A DNA stretch of 64,000 bases from Narcine bancroftii (Eukaryota). Positions 11,599-24,909 of this stretch are shown one piece after another. Under the pieces are notes generated by a model. That model had not been told where the DNA came from. It saw nothing but the letters and a program-made list of their open reading frames with translations, and searched no databases. The first letter of the stretch is position 1; each line of letters begins with the position of its first letter. The position numbers and the translations under genes are program-made. Location of the stretch: the NCBI RefSeq assembly GCF_036971445.1, contig NC_091471.1, forward strand, positions 349,618,001-349,682,000, read 5' to 3'.

Positions 11599-11747
11599 CA
11601 GTAAAACCCCTGGTATCCAGCATGTATGGGGCCAGATGCCCAATAAGTGAATTTTCCGGATGCATGTTGCGTATTGGCCACCAATTTAAACTTTTCATAT
11701 TTTTTCTTTGCTGGTTGCTTGAATTCTGGATAATGGGGGTTGTACTG
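11599..11747. mobile_element. Short Tigger-like MITE with TA TSD
   Basis: ta|cagtaaaacccctggtatccag ... ctggataatgggggttgtactg|ta. Confidence 0.75.
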
Positions 11748-12349
11748 TATATGAGTTTTTTTTCTGGATTGAAATACAAAAAGAACACGGAACAGCCCCT
11801 TTGGCTCAACTTGTCCATGTCAACCTACTAGCTATTCTGGTTTGCTCCTATTTCCCTTTATTTAGTTCCTATCCTTCTAACCCCTTCCTATTCATATAAT
11901 CTGTAAACATATCTTATGAATGTTGTAATTGCATCCACTTTGACACCTTCCTCCACCAGTTCATTCCCGATATGGACCACCCTCTGTGGAAAAGGTTGCT
12001 CCTCAGCTCCCTCATAAATGGTGTCAAAGCAGCTTCCAGATCCAACAAGAATTTGGATGCTGGTTTCACAGAGAATGTGTAGAGCCGTGGTTGAAGAAGG
12101 AGGAGTGTGGTGGAATTAACATGTTGGGGAAATCGTTTGAAGAGCAGATGCAGGCGCGATGAGCCAAACATCCGCCTCCTTGTATCAACCCTCAACTTGC
12201 CACTTTTGGAAGCGAGACCCGAGTGAAATCGCTGGTCTCACCCGCAAGGGCTAATTGTGTTTTAAACTTATCACCTGGACAGCGGGCATGGTAGCAACTG
12301 CTGAACCAGCCAGCCTGTTTTTAATTCATGTTTTACTTTTGTGCTTCAG

Positions 12350-12522
12350 TGTACTATGAGGGTCTCCAGGACAAACTGGCCCAGGTCAGGGATGCGCGAG
12401 GGGCCCTGAATGCTCTGCGCGAGGAGCACAGCGAGAAGCTGCGGCGAGCGGCAGAGGAAGCAGAGCGCCAGCGACAGATCCAGTTGGCTCAGAAACTTGA
12501 GATCATGAGGCAAAAGAAGCAG
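12350..12522 (+). CDS. HGS: HGS coiled-coil exon: (L)YYEGLQDKLAQVRDARGALNALREEH...EIMRQKKQ
   Basis: Within ORF 12328..12540. ttcag acceptor (phase 1, completes CTG) and gtgagt donor. Confidence 0.96.
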
Positions 12523-13934
12523 GTGAGTTCCTCCCACTGAAGAGTCTGGGAAAGGCATGCTTCAAGGCATTGATGAATAGCTAACATCCTCCCCCTTGTC
12601 TCAACACCCACCCAAGCTTATAAATCCAAATCCAACATAGTCAGTGTTACAAAAGAATAAACCTGATTCCCAGAACACTTAGCTCAAATTATCTGACTAA
12701 TCACCAGTGTAATGGAAGGAAACCAGCATGCCGTTTGATTTAATAAAGTCCAGCGATCACAGAACGTTAAATGTCTGAGAATGAAAGGCTTGTCATTATG
12801 AGGAATGGCTCTTGACCTGTAGGTGAATGAGTGGGGAACTCATTGAAACATTTTGAATGTGGAAAGGTTGTTTCCCCATAATGAAAGAGTCTAAGACAAG
12901 TGGGCACATCTTCAGGATTGAAGGGTGTCTACGTAGAACAGAGATGTGGAAGAATTTAATCAGCGAGAGGGTGGTGAATCTGTGGAATTTGCTGCCACAG
13001 GTGGTGGTGGAGGCCAAGTCATTGAGTGTACTTTAAGCAGAGATTGATGGGTTCTTGATTAGCCTGGGTTATGGGGAGAAGGCCGGACAGTAGAGCTGAA
13101 TGGGAAATGAATCAGCTCATGATTAAATGGCGGGGCAGACTTTATGGGCTGAATAGCCTATTTTTGCTCCCATGTCTTATGGTTTTGTCTATAATTGTAA
13201 TGATAGTAAAAGACTGACGAAATATTACTCATTATAACATGACTGCCATCTATACCGAGAGAACTTCTCACATTCGCAGACAGAGCAAGTGGACCCTTGG
13301 TTTAATCATTCAGGCAACAGATCCAGTGTGTGTATGATATGTATTATTTCCTTGGTGTGTTGCAGGTTTAAGAAGAGAAAATCTGGAAACATTCAGCAGG
13401 GAATAAAGAAATTAGATCTACATGTACTGAAGTTTAAAAAAACGAGTGTGATCTTAATGAAGCTATGAACAGAGGTGGAAAAATAGTTCAGCACAGACTA
13501 GAAGGGCTGAAGGGCCTGTTTTTCTGCTGTAATGTTCTATGGAATGAGGCTGGTTTCATTCATTTGGCTTTAGAGGAGTCCACCAAGGACACAGTTAGGG
13601 CACCTTTGCTAATTGGTGTGTGCCAGTTAACAGAGGAACTATTGACTGATCTGGGAAACTCGCTGTACTGTTTTTCCCTATGGTTGTTTGATCCCTTGGT
13701 CACTGAGCCTTGGAACTACCAACTTGTGATCATTTTTCTTTTCATTCTTGCTTCTTGATAGAAATGATAACTGATTCATTCCATATTTATCACACGAGGT
13801 AATGTGCAACATGGGAGAGACCTGAAGTCATCGATCTCCCATTTAACCTGAGGCTACCTTTCTGCTTGGTCCCACTCCTCGCTGGTGGGCTAGTGCTATC
13901 ACACAGGTTTTGAACATTGTGCCTTGTTCCTCAG

Positions 13935-14075
13935 GAATACCTGGAGATGCAGCGGCAGCTGGCCATCCAGAGGCTGCAGGAACAGGAGAAGGAGCGGCAG
14001 ATGCGCCTGGAGCAGCAGAAGCAGACCATTCAGATGCGAGCTCAGATGCCGGCCTTCCCACTACCATATGCACAG
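13935..14075 (+). CDS. HGS: HGS exon: EYLEMQRQLAIQRLQEQEKERQMRLEQQKQTIQMRAQMPAFPLPYAQ
   Basis: Within ORF 13917..14120. ctcag acceptor and gttaga donor; 141 nt. Confidence 0.96.
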
Positions 14076-15761
14076 GTTAGAATTGAGCACCAGCGGATGG
14101 GTGCCTGGCCAGCAGAGTGAGCAGATGTCCGTGAACTTCGCTCATCCAAGGACTGGGTGCTGCCATTATAGACTCAACAACTTGATCCACAGCTCTATTG
14201 TGGTGAATCTGGGCTCTGAAGCCAGTTTCTGGGTTTGTGTGATGCCTCAGGAGCTATTTACAATGTGCTTCATTGCTCGCAATTACGCAGAAGGCATTGA
14301 GCAGTCGAAGAAATGGCTGCCTCTGTCTGGGGTAGGGTGATTTTCGATGGTTGGCTTCTCATGCAGAGTGCGGAGCTTTTGTAGCTGTCCTTTCATTGGG
14401 GAAATTACAAAATAGTATTAAAGTGGAGCAAAATTGATCAGCTGGAGAACGTCAGTGCGCCAGACACGATCTGTGCAGGCAAAGGGATGGTGGATGTTTC
14501 AGGTCCTGTCAGGACTGAGTAGAGAATGAGGTAACCAGTATAAAGAAGTGAGATGTAGGGAAGGAGCTGGCAAAGCAAGGTAGATCATGACGTGGAGGGG
14601 TTCATGGGCAAGCAGACCTGGGTTCAGGGGAGTGTCAAAGGTGATGGAATCTGAGAAGGAAGGTGATGAGTGGAACCAGATAAGGGAGTGATGATGGCAG
14701 ATGGAACCAGTTGGGAGTGGTTGATGGGGTGTGACATGGGGGTTGGAGATGGAGCCGGAGAGAAGGGTGTGAGTGAAAGGAGGTGGCTGGATCAAACAGA
14801 GGGGGTGAGGGTGACCTGAATTCAATGTTTATGCTGTGGGGTTGTAGCCAACGCAGTCAGATTGAGGTGCAGTACCCCTCAAATGTGCTGGCCACATTCT
14901 GGAGAGTCGTCATGGGAATAGGGAGGGGATTAAAGTGCTTTTAGTTTTGGCAGAAATGTAATTTTCCATTATGTTTTTATATATTCTTGGAGTAATTACA
15001 GTAATCTATTACAGGAGTTAGCAATGGGATTGGAGTGTCTTGTATCTACACCAGCCTCTTTCTACCTCCACCTTCCTTCCTTCCCCTTTTTGTCTGTCAC
15101 CCTGCCCCACTATCTCCAATGATCATCCCTCACCTAGCTCCATCTACCTACCCCTGCTCACCTGGTTTAACTGACCAGTTCTGCCTCGTAAATGCCCCCT
15201 TTCCATTTCTCCTTTGTACTTTGCAACCTCTCACCCAGAGACGTGACCATCCCTTTGCCACCACAGATGCTCCCTGACCCACTGAGCTCCTCCAGCATTG
15301 TTTTTTTGTTTTTGCACGGTTGAGTTTGGTATGGATTTCAGTTTGAATGGACCTGCCCTCTGGTTGACGTAAATGGCACAATGCCCTTGTTCCTGAGGTC
15401 TGTTCCCACCTGAAATCTGCTTTGCCTTACACTCCGTCTCATGGTTGAATAGTTTGCTGGACTTCTAAAGAAGAATAAACTCGACATTTTGCAGTAATTT
15501 ATAATGAAACGTGCAAGAATTTTGTGATGGGGATCTGGGTTCTTATTCAGTCTGTATTCCGCTACCAAATCATTGCTGTGGTTTGACCCCTAATTTTGTA
15601 ACTGGGTTGATCAAAATTTCAGAGAGAAAATAACCAATTTCAGGTGTTCTTTTCATTAATGTGCTGCTTTTCTGTGTGTTGCTAAATTGTATGGCGGTTA
15701 TCAGTGAATTATTGCACTGGCGTTTAAGAATTAATCTGACAACCCTGTTTGATCCTCTCAG

Positions 15762-15939
15762 CTGCAGTCCATGCCACCTGCCAGCGGCGTGATGTATCAG
15801 TCTTCTGGCCCAGCCAGCTTCCCTGCCACCTTCAGCCCCGCAGGCTCAGTGGAAGGATCGCCCATGCACTCAGTGTACATGAACCAGTCAGGACAGCCTG
15901 GCACTGGACCATATCCATCCATGACTGTCTCTGGAACAG
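15762..15939 (+). CDS. HGS: HGS Pro/Gln-rich exon: LQSMPPASGVMYQSSGPASFPATFSPAGSVEGSPMH...SGT
   Basis: Overlaps ORF 15771..16163. ctcag acceptor and g|gtgagc donor (phase 1). 'FSPAGSVEGSPMH' is diagnostic of Hrs. Confidence 0.94.
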
Positions 15940-18704
15940 GTGAGCTGCAGTTAGGGGGTCAAAACACTCAGCTTGAATCAATCGTGTCTGTCTATTGCAT
16001 TTCAGATGATCTCCTTGGTCTGGAACTAACTGATAGATCAGGGGAAGGTTTGAACATGGACAAACATGGCTTGAAACGTATGGGTAGCTGGACCAGAGAG
16101 GTGCTGAATCACTGTCTTGAGACTTTCTCTGCTGGCATCACAAACTCTCAGTCAGAACAGTGACTGAGATGCCTTTAAGAAACAAAAGTAATAAGACACA
16201 ATCTCCTGGAGGAACTCGGCAGAGGACAGCATGAGGACGTCGTATCAGCTCCCTGTCCTGATGAAGAGTCCAGCTAATGCTGGCAATTTTTCTCCAACTA
16301 TAATTTACAGCAGCCGTTCTCAACCATTTTTTTGGGCTGTGACCCCCTTGGGACAGACCTGCTTAAAGTTTATGGGCTCCCTTCCCTGTGAAGCAGTCAG
16401 GTTTAGTTGGTTTCTTCTGTACTTCAATCAATGTCAAAAAATATTTTATGAGTCCATGGCCCCTTTTAAATGTGCTGCGGTCCCCAGGGGGCCCTCTTCC
16501 CCTGCCCCCTCTTCTCTCTCCCTTCCATCTCTACCCCTGTCTCTCTCCCTGTCTCCCCTTCCTTTTCTATGTCTCCCTTCCTCCATCTCCCCTCCCTTTG
16601 TCTCTTTTTTTCCTTTTCCCTCTGTGTCTCTTTGCCTCCAGTTCTACATTCACACAGCCACTACCCCCCCCCCCCACCCCGCCAAGCTTGTGGCTGTTGA
16701 CCTGTGCTCCTCCCTCTGCCGTTTCTTCCCTTCCCCCTCTATCTTTTTATTTGGGCACCTGTACTGCTTTTTCCTCATTTTGACTAAGGTCTCAGGCCTG
16801 AAACACTGGTTTATATATCTTTGCCTCCTACAGGACATTGCAGGACCTCCTGAGACCCTCCAGCACTTTTGTGTCTTTACTGCAATCTGCATCTTCAGAC
16901 CTTTGTGTTTCACTTGCATTTATATAACTGATTTTGCAAAGTACAGAAATGGCAGTTCAAAATACCTTCTTGAAATATTTGTCAACTGAGAGTGCAATAG
17001 AAACGGCTCAGCCCGCCCTGGAGGGGAGGTGTGTGAAGATTTCTAATCCAAACTTTTCTCAAAATGTCCCTTCGGTTACATTGGGTGGACGGAACCGAGC
17101 CTTCTGCTGAAACTCGTAGTGCGCAGTTTGTTTTTAAACTGATTGAAAAGGATTGGTGAGAGTTCTATGTAGATAATGGTTAACCTGGGAAAATCTCCAT
17201 TAACCAGTGGGTGATCAGATTTAAAATTGCTTTATTGTTGTGTAATAGTACAGAACATGAAATTGCCTTTTGCCTGCCATAAAAGAGTTGCCATAAATGG
17301 TGCCTGATTCTGCTTATAGAAAGGGGGAGGGGGGGAGGGGGTGGAGAGAGAGAGAAATAAAAGAGTACCTTCAGAATCACTGAGTGTTTGGGGATTCACC
17401 CCTAGTGCTCCCACAGCCTCTGCAGCTGCACAGACTCTTGACTGAACCACCAGCAGCCTGAGCTCCAGATCCAAACCTCTGGCACAATCGGGAAGCCTTC
17501 CCTTCTTCATTGATACCTGCTTCCCGTGAGGCAGTCCCCAGCAGCCCAGAGACCACGCTGCTCCCCTGACCACAAGGAGCTTGCAGACTTGAGTGGGTCA
17601 TTCAAGCTGTCGAGCCCCTCGCTGGTGCGTGGCTGTGGTCACTGTCCTGTAGGACAGGCACAGAAATTTGGTGAGGTGTGATTGTGAGGGAATGAAACTT
17701 GGGTAATTGGATTTTGGTGAATAAATTTATATTCTATTACTCCTGCAAAATTAAATTGTAAGCTTGAGATCAGTGTTTGATGTGAACAAGTCTAGCTTCA
17801 CTAAGAATATTTTCAACTTCAGGGGAATTCCCTTTGTTGGATGTTCCTGCTACAGATATTATCCCATAGTTATTCATACCTGGATCTGAAGAAAATACTC
17901 ATTTGTGGGTGTGCCTTATAGAGGGTTGTGCAGGTGGTTGTGCCCCCAAGGTACCACAACTTATTTTTTTGTTATGATGAAGAATTCCAGCTGAAAATGT
18001 AGCACTGATGCTGTTTGACCTGTTTAGTTCCTGCAGCATATTGCTGAATCAGAATCAAAATTTATTATCATGAGCATATGTCACAAATTTGTTTGGCGGC
18101 AGCATTGTTGTGCATTACTAGGACAAAAAATTGCCATAAATTGCATTTCTGTAAATTCATCATTGTTAAAAATTAATAAATTAATACAAAAGAAGAAAAA
18201 AAAACTGAGAGTGCAATAAAAATGAGGAAGTAAAAGAAGATAGTATTGGTTTCAATTAAATCATGAAGTTGAAATTAGCCTGAAGTAGACAAATCCCAAG
18301 ATGTGGTAAGGCCATTCTGCCCCTCAAGTATGCTCTTCCACCTCTAGCATTTCCCACCTGATTTCCCCTGACATTTTTCTTGAATCTGAAGCTTGTCAAC
18401 GACATTTGACGCTAACCTACATTGAGGGGAGTCTGTCAGGAACTAAAGGTTTAGTTGAGGGAAGTGGATTTAAGGAGGAAGAGGAGGAGTTGGAGGGGTC
18501 TTGGCTTCTGTATTTGCAGCGGGACTCAGGAAGATCAAGGATTGGAGTTTAAATGCCAGAGGAAGTCAGACTCTGTGCTGCAGTCAGTTTGGTTCAGTTT
18601 CCTATTCCCCTTCCAATCTGGCATCGTCCTTGATCTGTGGGTTTGCTCACGATTTCTTGTGTGCATATAGTTTGTGGGGTTCATGCAATTCTTGTGCACC
18701 TTAG

Positions 18705-18838
18705 ATCCGGCCATGGCGAATCCTTACATATACCAGGCTGCTAATCCAACCAACCAGACGACCCAGCAAGCCCAGGCAGTGCCTACGACCAACCCTGGAT
18801 ACTCTAACTACCAACCAACCCCCACACAGAACTACCAG
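18705..18838 (+). CDS. HGS: HGS exon: (D)PAMANPYIYQAANPTNQTTQQAQAVPTTNPGYSNYQPTPTQNYQ, with a GC donor
   Basis: ttag acceptor (phase 1). Homology to Hrs 'YSSYQPTPT.GYQ' ends at CAG|GCAAGT. Confidence 0.88.
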
Positions 18839-19848
18839 GCAAGTAGCATCAATCTTCCCAGATCTCCAGCAATCGTTAACAGGCAGGTATAAAAATGTAG
18901 CAGTCTATCTTCTGTGCTCACATTCTGTCTCTCTTATTTTCTCTTTTTCTTTTTCCTCCTTTTCTCTCTTCCTCATTGTAGACGTGGGGTGTTTGGTGGT
19001 CAGTGTTATTTTGGTTGATGTGGACCGCTGTCTGGGTTTACCCCATGTAGTCAGATGGACAATCGATCACCCTATCTATAATGCAAAACTATATTGAGCC
19101 AAGTCATAGGTTTTTTTAATTTCATTTCACGAGGCCATTCACGAGTCTGTCAGTTCTGAGGAGTTCCATCCCCCACTAGGTTTCCCTGCCACATATATTC
19201 TCCCTTGTCCCTCATCTAATTCCCTTGCCTTCACGAGGAGCCATTGACCTCTCAACCCACACTTTGTTGGGATGTTGGGGGGAACTGGAGAAGCTAGGGG
19301 AAACTCAGGCAGTCACAGAGAACACCTGTGATTCCCCACACATACAGCACATTGTTCAGCAATGACCCAGGTCACTGGAACTTTACCAACTGTGCTGTGT
19401 TTGAGGTCACAGCACACCCAGGTAGTAGTGAGCCTCTTGCCACAGTTATCGGCAAGTCTGTGTTTGCACCTGTGGAAATCTCTCATTCAAAATGGATGGA
19501 AGTGGTGCTGGGTGTGTGTGACTGATGCATCAGATTGGGGAGGAGGATATCTCATCTGCCTGGCACGAGGCTGTTCCATCCTCTGAGTAAGGGCAGGGCT
19601 GGGTGGTCTTTGTCTGTCAGTGTTCACTGGTCCCAGCAACAGTGGCTACACCTCAACAGTGGCTCAAAGGGAGGTCAAAGACACTATATGTGGTGAATTG
19701 ATGTAGCGGCCTCTGTTATCAAGCATTTAGCATAATGGTGTAAAAAAAACAGTTGGTGCTTTGTAGGCAGAGGGTGTCCTGATGTAGTGTCCACATGTGT
19801 GCATGTAGGTATTGTTTCAGCTTATTGAATGTGCTCCTTCTATTGCAG

Positions 19849-19962
19849 AATGTGGCATCCCAGGCACAAAGCATGGCCAATCTTCCCCAGCCTCAGTCAA
19901 GTGGGCTGGGTTACATGGGTTCCCAGTCTGCCCCAATGGGCTACCAGCCGTATAACATGCAG
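19849..19962 (+). CDS. HGS: HGS exon: NVASQAQSMANLPQPQSSGLGYMGSQSAPMGYQPYNMQ
   Basis: ttgcag acceptor and gtatgc donor; 114 nt. Confidence 0.94.
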
Positions 19963-20361
19963 GTATGCAGTTGTCTCCGTTCTCCATGGTCATCATTTTG
20001 TTGTGTTAATAATTAAAACCCCGTGATTGTAAAGATTCTGCCCTGAAGCTCAGCATATCATCAGTTCTACAATTAAGGATCCTTTGGAAATGTTAACACA
20101 TCCTTATCTGGAAGTACCTGTTGTAAAGAATCCCTGAGATTTGAGTGGTATCAAATGTCAACTTAATTTAAACAAAAATTGTGTCATTTTTAAATGGTTC
20201 ATCATTAAAATATCTCTGGCACTTTTTCATTCTGTCAGACCCAGGCCTGCAGTTACAATGGATATGCATAGGGGTGTTTTGTGGAGTCTGAGCTCCCTTG
20301 CGCTATTTTCAAGCCTCATTCTGCAGAGTGAATACTTCACTCTTGTGTTGTTTTCCCACAG

Positions 20362-20457
20362 AATATGATGTCTGCGGTCCCAGCTCAGGATCCATCCATG
20401 AGCAGCCTGCCGCCACCACAATCGTACCTCCCAGCTCAGCAACCCATGTACCAGCAG
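20362..20457 (+). CDS. HGS: HGS exon: NMMSAVPAQDPSMSSLPPPQSYLPAQQPMYQQ
   Basis: cccacag acceptor and gtaaga donor; 96 nt. 'QQPMYQQ' matches Hrs. Confidence 0.92.
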
Positions 20458-20520
20458 GTAAGAGTTAAGCTGCTGTTGGTGCCGAGACCACGTTAAACAC
20501 AGCTTCAAACTACACACATC

Positions 20521-20750
20521 AGGTTGTTGTAGCGGTTAGCGCAACAGCATTTCAGCGGCAGCGATTGGGACTGAGGTTCGAATCCTGCGCTGTCTGTTAG
20601 GAGTTTGTAGGTTCTCCCTGTGTCTGTGTGGGTTTCCTCCAGGTGCTCTGGTTTCCTCCAAAAAACGTACGGGAGGGGGGTATAGGTGAATTGGGTGGCA
20701 GGGGATCATGGGTCAGAAGGGTCTGTTAATGTCTAAATTTAAATTTTTTA
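20521..20750 (+). mobile_element. tRNA-derived V-SINE (HE1-like)
   Basis: A-box-like 'gtagcggttagcg', B box GGTTCGAATCC (20575-20585), V-domain 'ggagtttgt..gttctccc.gtgtctgtgtgggtttcc' and an AT-rich tail. Confidence 0.8.
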
Positions 20751-20974
20751 AAAGTTAAATGAAAGAATGGGAGTACAGTAAAAGCCGTAAAGTTTGAACT
20801 GCTCAGGGATTGGGTCGGTTTGGATTCTTGGGCAGTACTTTTAAAATTCACATTTGAAGAGAATAAAGAAGGTAAATTTTGATAGTTTATTAACAGAATA
20901 CAATGAACAAAAATAACAAATGAATATTTATTCGACCATTTCAGCAACTTCTGTGCATCTGTGGAGCTTTGGAA

Positions 20975-22025
20975 TTTTTTGAGGAAATCTCAAGTAGGAT
21001 GAACAAGGGAGAGGCTGTGGATGTTGTGTATTTGGATTTTCAAAAGGCAAAGGGCGGGAATAAAGGGGATCCTGTTCTGGTTGGTTGCCGGTTACTGGTG
21101 GTGTTCTGCAGGGGTCGGTGTTGGGGCCACTTCCTTTAACAATTATATTGATGACTTAGATTATGGATTGAATGGTTTTGTGGCTAAGTTTGCAGCTGAC
21201 ATCAAGATAGATGGTGGAGTAGGAAGAGTTAAAGAAACCGAAAGGTTGCAGAGAGACTTGGACAATTTAGGAGAGCGGGCAAAGAAATGGCAGATGAGAT
21301 AGAATGTTGAGAAATGTACGATTGTACACTTTGGAAGAGGAAATAAACAGGCAGATTATTTGGATGGAGAGAAAATTCAAAATTTAGAACGGCAAAGGGA
21401 CTTGGGGTTCCTCGTGCAGGATAACCTAAAGGTTAGCCACCAGGTTGGATCGGCAGTAAAGAAAGCAAATGCTATGTGGTAAAGAGGTGTTGATGAAGCT
21501 CTATGGGGCATTGGTGAGACCTCATTTGGAGTAACTGTGAGCAATTTTGGGCCCCTTAGAAGGGATGTAATGATGTTGGAAAGAGTACAAAGAAGGTTTA
21601 GCAGGATGATTCCTAGAATGCAAGGGCCAATATATGAGGGACGTTTATCAATTATTTGTGGACTGTATTCATTGGAGTGTAGAAGAATGAGAGGGGATCT
21701 CATAGAAACATTTTGAATGCTGAAAGGATTGGGCAGAGTAGATTCACCCTTGGTGGGTGAATCCAGGACAAGAGGGCACAGTCTTAGAATGAGAAGGTAT
21801 CCATTTACAACAGAGATGAGCAGAAATTTCTTTAGCCAGAGGGTAGTGGAATTTGTTGCCACATGCAGCTGTGGAGGTAGGATCATTGGGGGATTTAAGA
21901 GGGAGATTGACAGGTATCTAATTAGTCAGGGTATCGAGGGATATGGGGGAAAAGGCCAAAAATTTGAAATAGACGTGAGAATGGTTTAGCTCAGGGAGGA
22001 GTTGCGGAGCAGCTCGATGGATCTT
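20975..22025 (+). mobile_element. CR1-clade (HER1-like) LINE 3' portion, decayed
   Basis: RT remnants 'YIDDLD..LNGFVAKFAADIKI.G' and 'LQRDLD.LGE.AKKWQM'; 3' end 'TRGHSL...RNFFSQRVV'. Confidence 0.85.
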
Positions 22026-23993
22026 ATGCACGTACACACATGCACACAAAAGCCAGCTAAATTTTAAAAAAAAGTTTGTGAGTTTTCGCGTGGTCCGGAT
22101 TTCTGGCATCTGGATTTTTAGACTTTTATTGTATTGTCTTTCAGTGTTTTGGAAATATCCTGGGATCCAGCCCTGGACTAACAGTCCTCCAACATTAACT
22201 GTTTCACAATGTACCCAGAGGGTGTTCATGTTGATGATGCATTTTACAGTAAATAAATTTTCATAAGATCATACAAATGGCTCACCAATACTGTCAGGTG
22301 TTTTTATCATAGGGCAGGAAAGATGGAGAGAACTCTGCAGACACTGGCGTCAAGTGTAATATACAACGTGCCAGAGAAACTCAGCAGGTCACACAGTCCA
22401 TAGGAAATAAAGGGTAACCAACATTTTGGGCCTGGGGCCTTCATCAGGTATAAGCAAAAACAGGTGGGATGGGGTGGGTGGAGGAAGGGGCAGGAGGAAG
22501 AGCACGGGGTAGCAGGGAGGAGGTGTTGGTGGGTGGATAGAGGAGGGAAAAAAAGGGTTGAGGTTAGATCTGTGATCGAAGGGAGTGGGCCCCAAGGCCT
22601 GAAACATTGGTTACTTTTAACTTCCTCTGGATGCTGCATGGCCTTCTCCAGCATGTTTGTGTGTTGCAGGAGTTTTACCTTGTTAAACTCAGAGTCGTCA
22701 GATTTCTACAGCACAGAAATGAGCCTTTCGTTCCAAATAGACCAAGTTGTTTGCCTGAGCTCGTCCCATTTGCCTCTGTTGGCCCATATCCCACTAAACG
22801 TTCCTATCATGTATCTGACCAAATGATTTTTAAACATTACAATCTTCTGGCAGTTCACTCCATATTCCCATCACCCTCTGTGAAATAGTTGCCTCTCCAT
22901 TACCTTTAACATTTTTCCCCTCACCTTAAATCTGTGCCCTCTAGTTTTGGATTCTCCTACCCTGCGGAAAGAGCTGTGACGATCGTGTCTATGTCCCTCA
23001 TGATTTAGCGAACTGCAACGGTCCCACCCTTAACCTAGAACACACCAGAGAGAAAAGTCCAGGCCTTTCCTTAGACGTCAAACCCACTAAACCCAGTAAT
23101 ATTCTTGTGAATCTTTTCTCCCTGTTGCACCTTGATATCCTTCCTCTATCTGAGTGGCCAGAACTTCACACAACACTCCAAGAGTTGTCATACGTAACAT
23201 TTAACTGCAGGCTGTTGGACACTGATGACTCAGCAGGTACTAACAGCCACTTCTTCCAATACACTGGGTGTTCCTGGGTACCTGGTCCTTTCCCACACCA
23301 GCACTTCTGTACCTGGAGCAGGATGTGGAGGATATGCAACAGTTGTTTGTTTGATAGGGCGGAGTTGCAGGAAGAGCGGTTCCCTTGCATCTCGGTGACC
23401 CGGGCTCAGTCCTGACCTCATTGCTATCTGCGGTTTGCTTGTTCACCATGTGAAAATGTACGTGTTGGTTGGTTAATCAGCCATTGTGAACTACCCAAAT
23501 CTGGGGGAAGAGTTGGTGAGATTGTAGGAAGAATAAAAGTGGTTCAGGTAGGGTGCTCAATAGGCCTGTTTACAAGCTGTACAGCTCCGTGACTGATATC
23601 TTCCCTGGTCTGGTTGTGTCTCAGTGTTGTGGGGAGAGAAACATGGCAGCCAATTTTAGCACAGCACTCAACATGTGGACAAGTAGTTGAGGGATAATGA
23701 TCAAAGGATGAGTATTGAGCTGTGTTGCAGGGAAAGGTTAAACAGATTAGGATTTTATTCCCTTATTCCCTGGAGTATAGGAGAATGAGGAGAGATTTGA
23801 TATTTAAAATTCTGAGGGGTAGAGATAGAGTAAATGTAGATAGGTGAGATACAAACCAAAGGATATGGGCTAAGGGTGAAAGGGGAAAAGTTTAGGGGGA
23901 GCATGAAGCTCCTTAACACAGAGAGTGGTGGGAATGTGGAATGAGCTTCCAGTTGAAGTGATGAATGAGGGCTCAATTTTAACATTTAAGAAG

Positions 23994-24229
23994 TAAAACA
24001 AAAGTCTGTAGACACTGGTTTCAGTAAAATCACAATGCTGGAGAAACTCAGCAGGGCACACAATGTACTTTATATAGCAAAGGTACATAACCACCGTTTC
24101 TGGTTTGAGCCCTTCATCAAGACAATCATACCTTCATGAAGGGCTCAAGCCTGAAATGTGTTTATGTAATTTTATCTTTGCTATATAAAGTACACCGAGC
24201 AATCTGCTGAATTTCTCCAGCATTGTGTT
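23994..24229. mobile_element. Inverted pair of Penelope-derived terminal repeats inserted into a CR1 3' end, with 9-bp TSD TTTAAGAAG
   Basis: 24025-24122 is an imperfect reverse complement of 24131-24232. Direct repeats at 23985-23993 and 24230-24238. Confidence 0.75.
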
Positions 24230-24909
24230 TTTAAGAAGAATTTGGGCAGGTACATGGATGGGAAGGGTATGGAGGGCTATGTATTGGGTGCAGGTCAGTG
24301 GGACTCGGCAGAATAATAGTTCGGCACAGACTAGAAGCACCGAAGGGCCTGTTTCTGTGCTGTAATGTTCTATTGGCCCAAACACTGGGAGAAGTCCTGT
24401 TCAGCTTTGAAGCACGGTACCATGGGATCTCGTACCCAGCTGAAGGAGCACAGATTAGTGTCTCTCCAGGCAACCACCTCAACCCACCACTGTGTTCACA
24501 ATTTCCTAGCTCAGACTTGACAGTAGAGTCACTCATGTGAACACTTGTCTGCTGATGAGTGGCAGGAAGAGTAAAGGATGAGAGAAGAATTCTCAGCTCC
24601 TTTACTGCCAGAGGTTACCTTTTGTGGCACACTGAACTGATCAAAATGGTTTGGTGGGAAATGTACAAGAGCAAGAACCTGCTATCCAGAAAGTAGTTAC
24701 AGTTGGGAAAGGTGGTGAGGCATTATAAAGGAATGAAGAGGGAATAATTTATGGGGCTGTGTAAAGGTCTTGGCCAATGCGAATGATGAGACCATTCAAC
24801 AAGGAAATAGCAGACCATGGGCTGAAAGTCTCCGACTACCAAGCCCATTCTGTGATACTGGTTTCCTCAAACCATTTGCAGCCTAACCCTGTCCCATCTC
24901 CCTCCACAG

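Noticed and set aside
16231-16989. 252-aa ORF in an HGS intron
   Set aside because: It runs through pyrimidine-rich, Penelope-derived repeat sequence and encodes no recognisable protein.
20521-20595. Possible tRNA gene (A and B boxes)
   Set aside because: It continues directly into a V-SINE body and tail, and no complete cloverleaf is evident.
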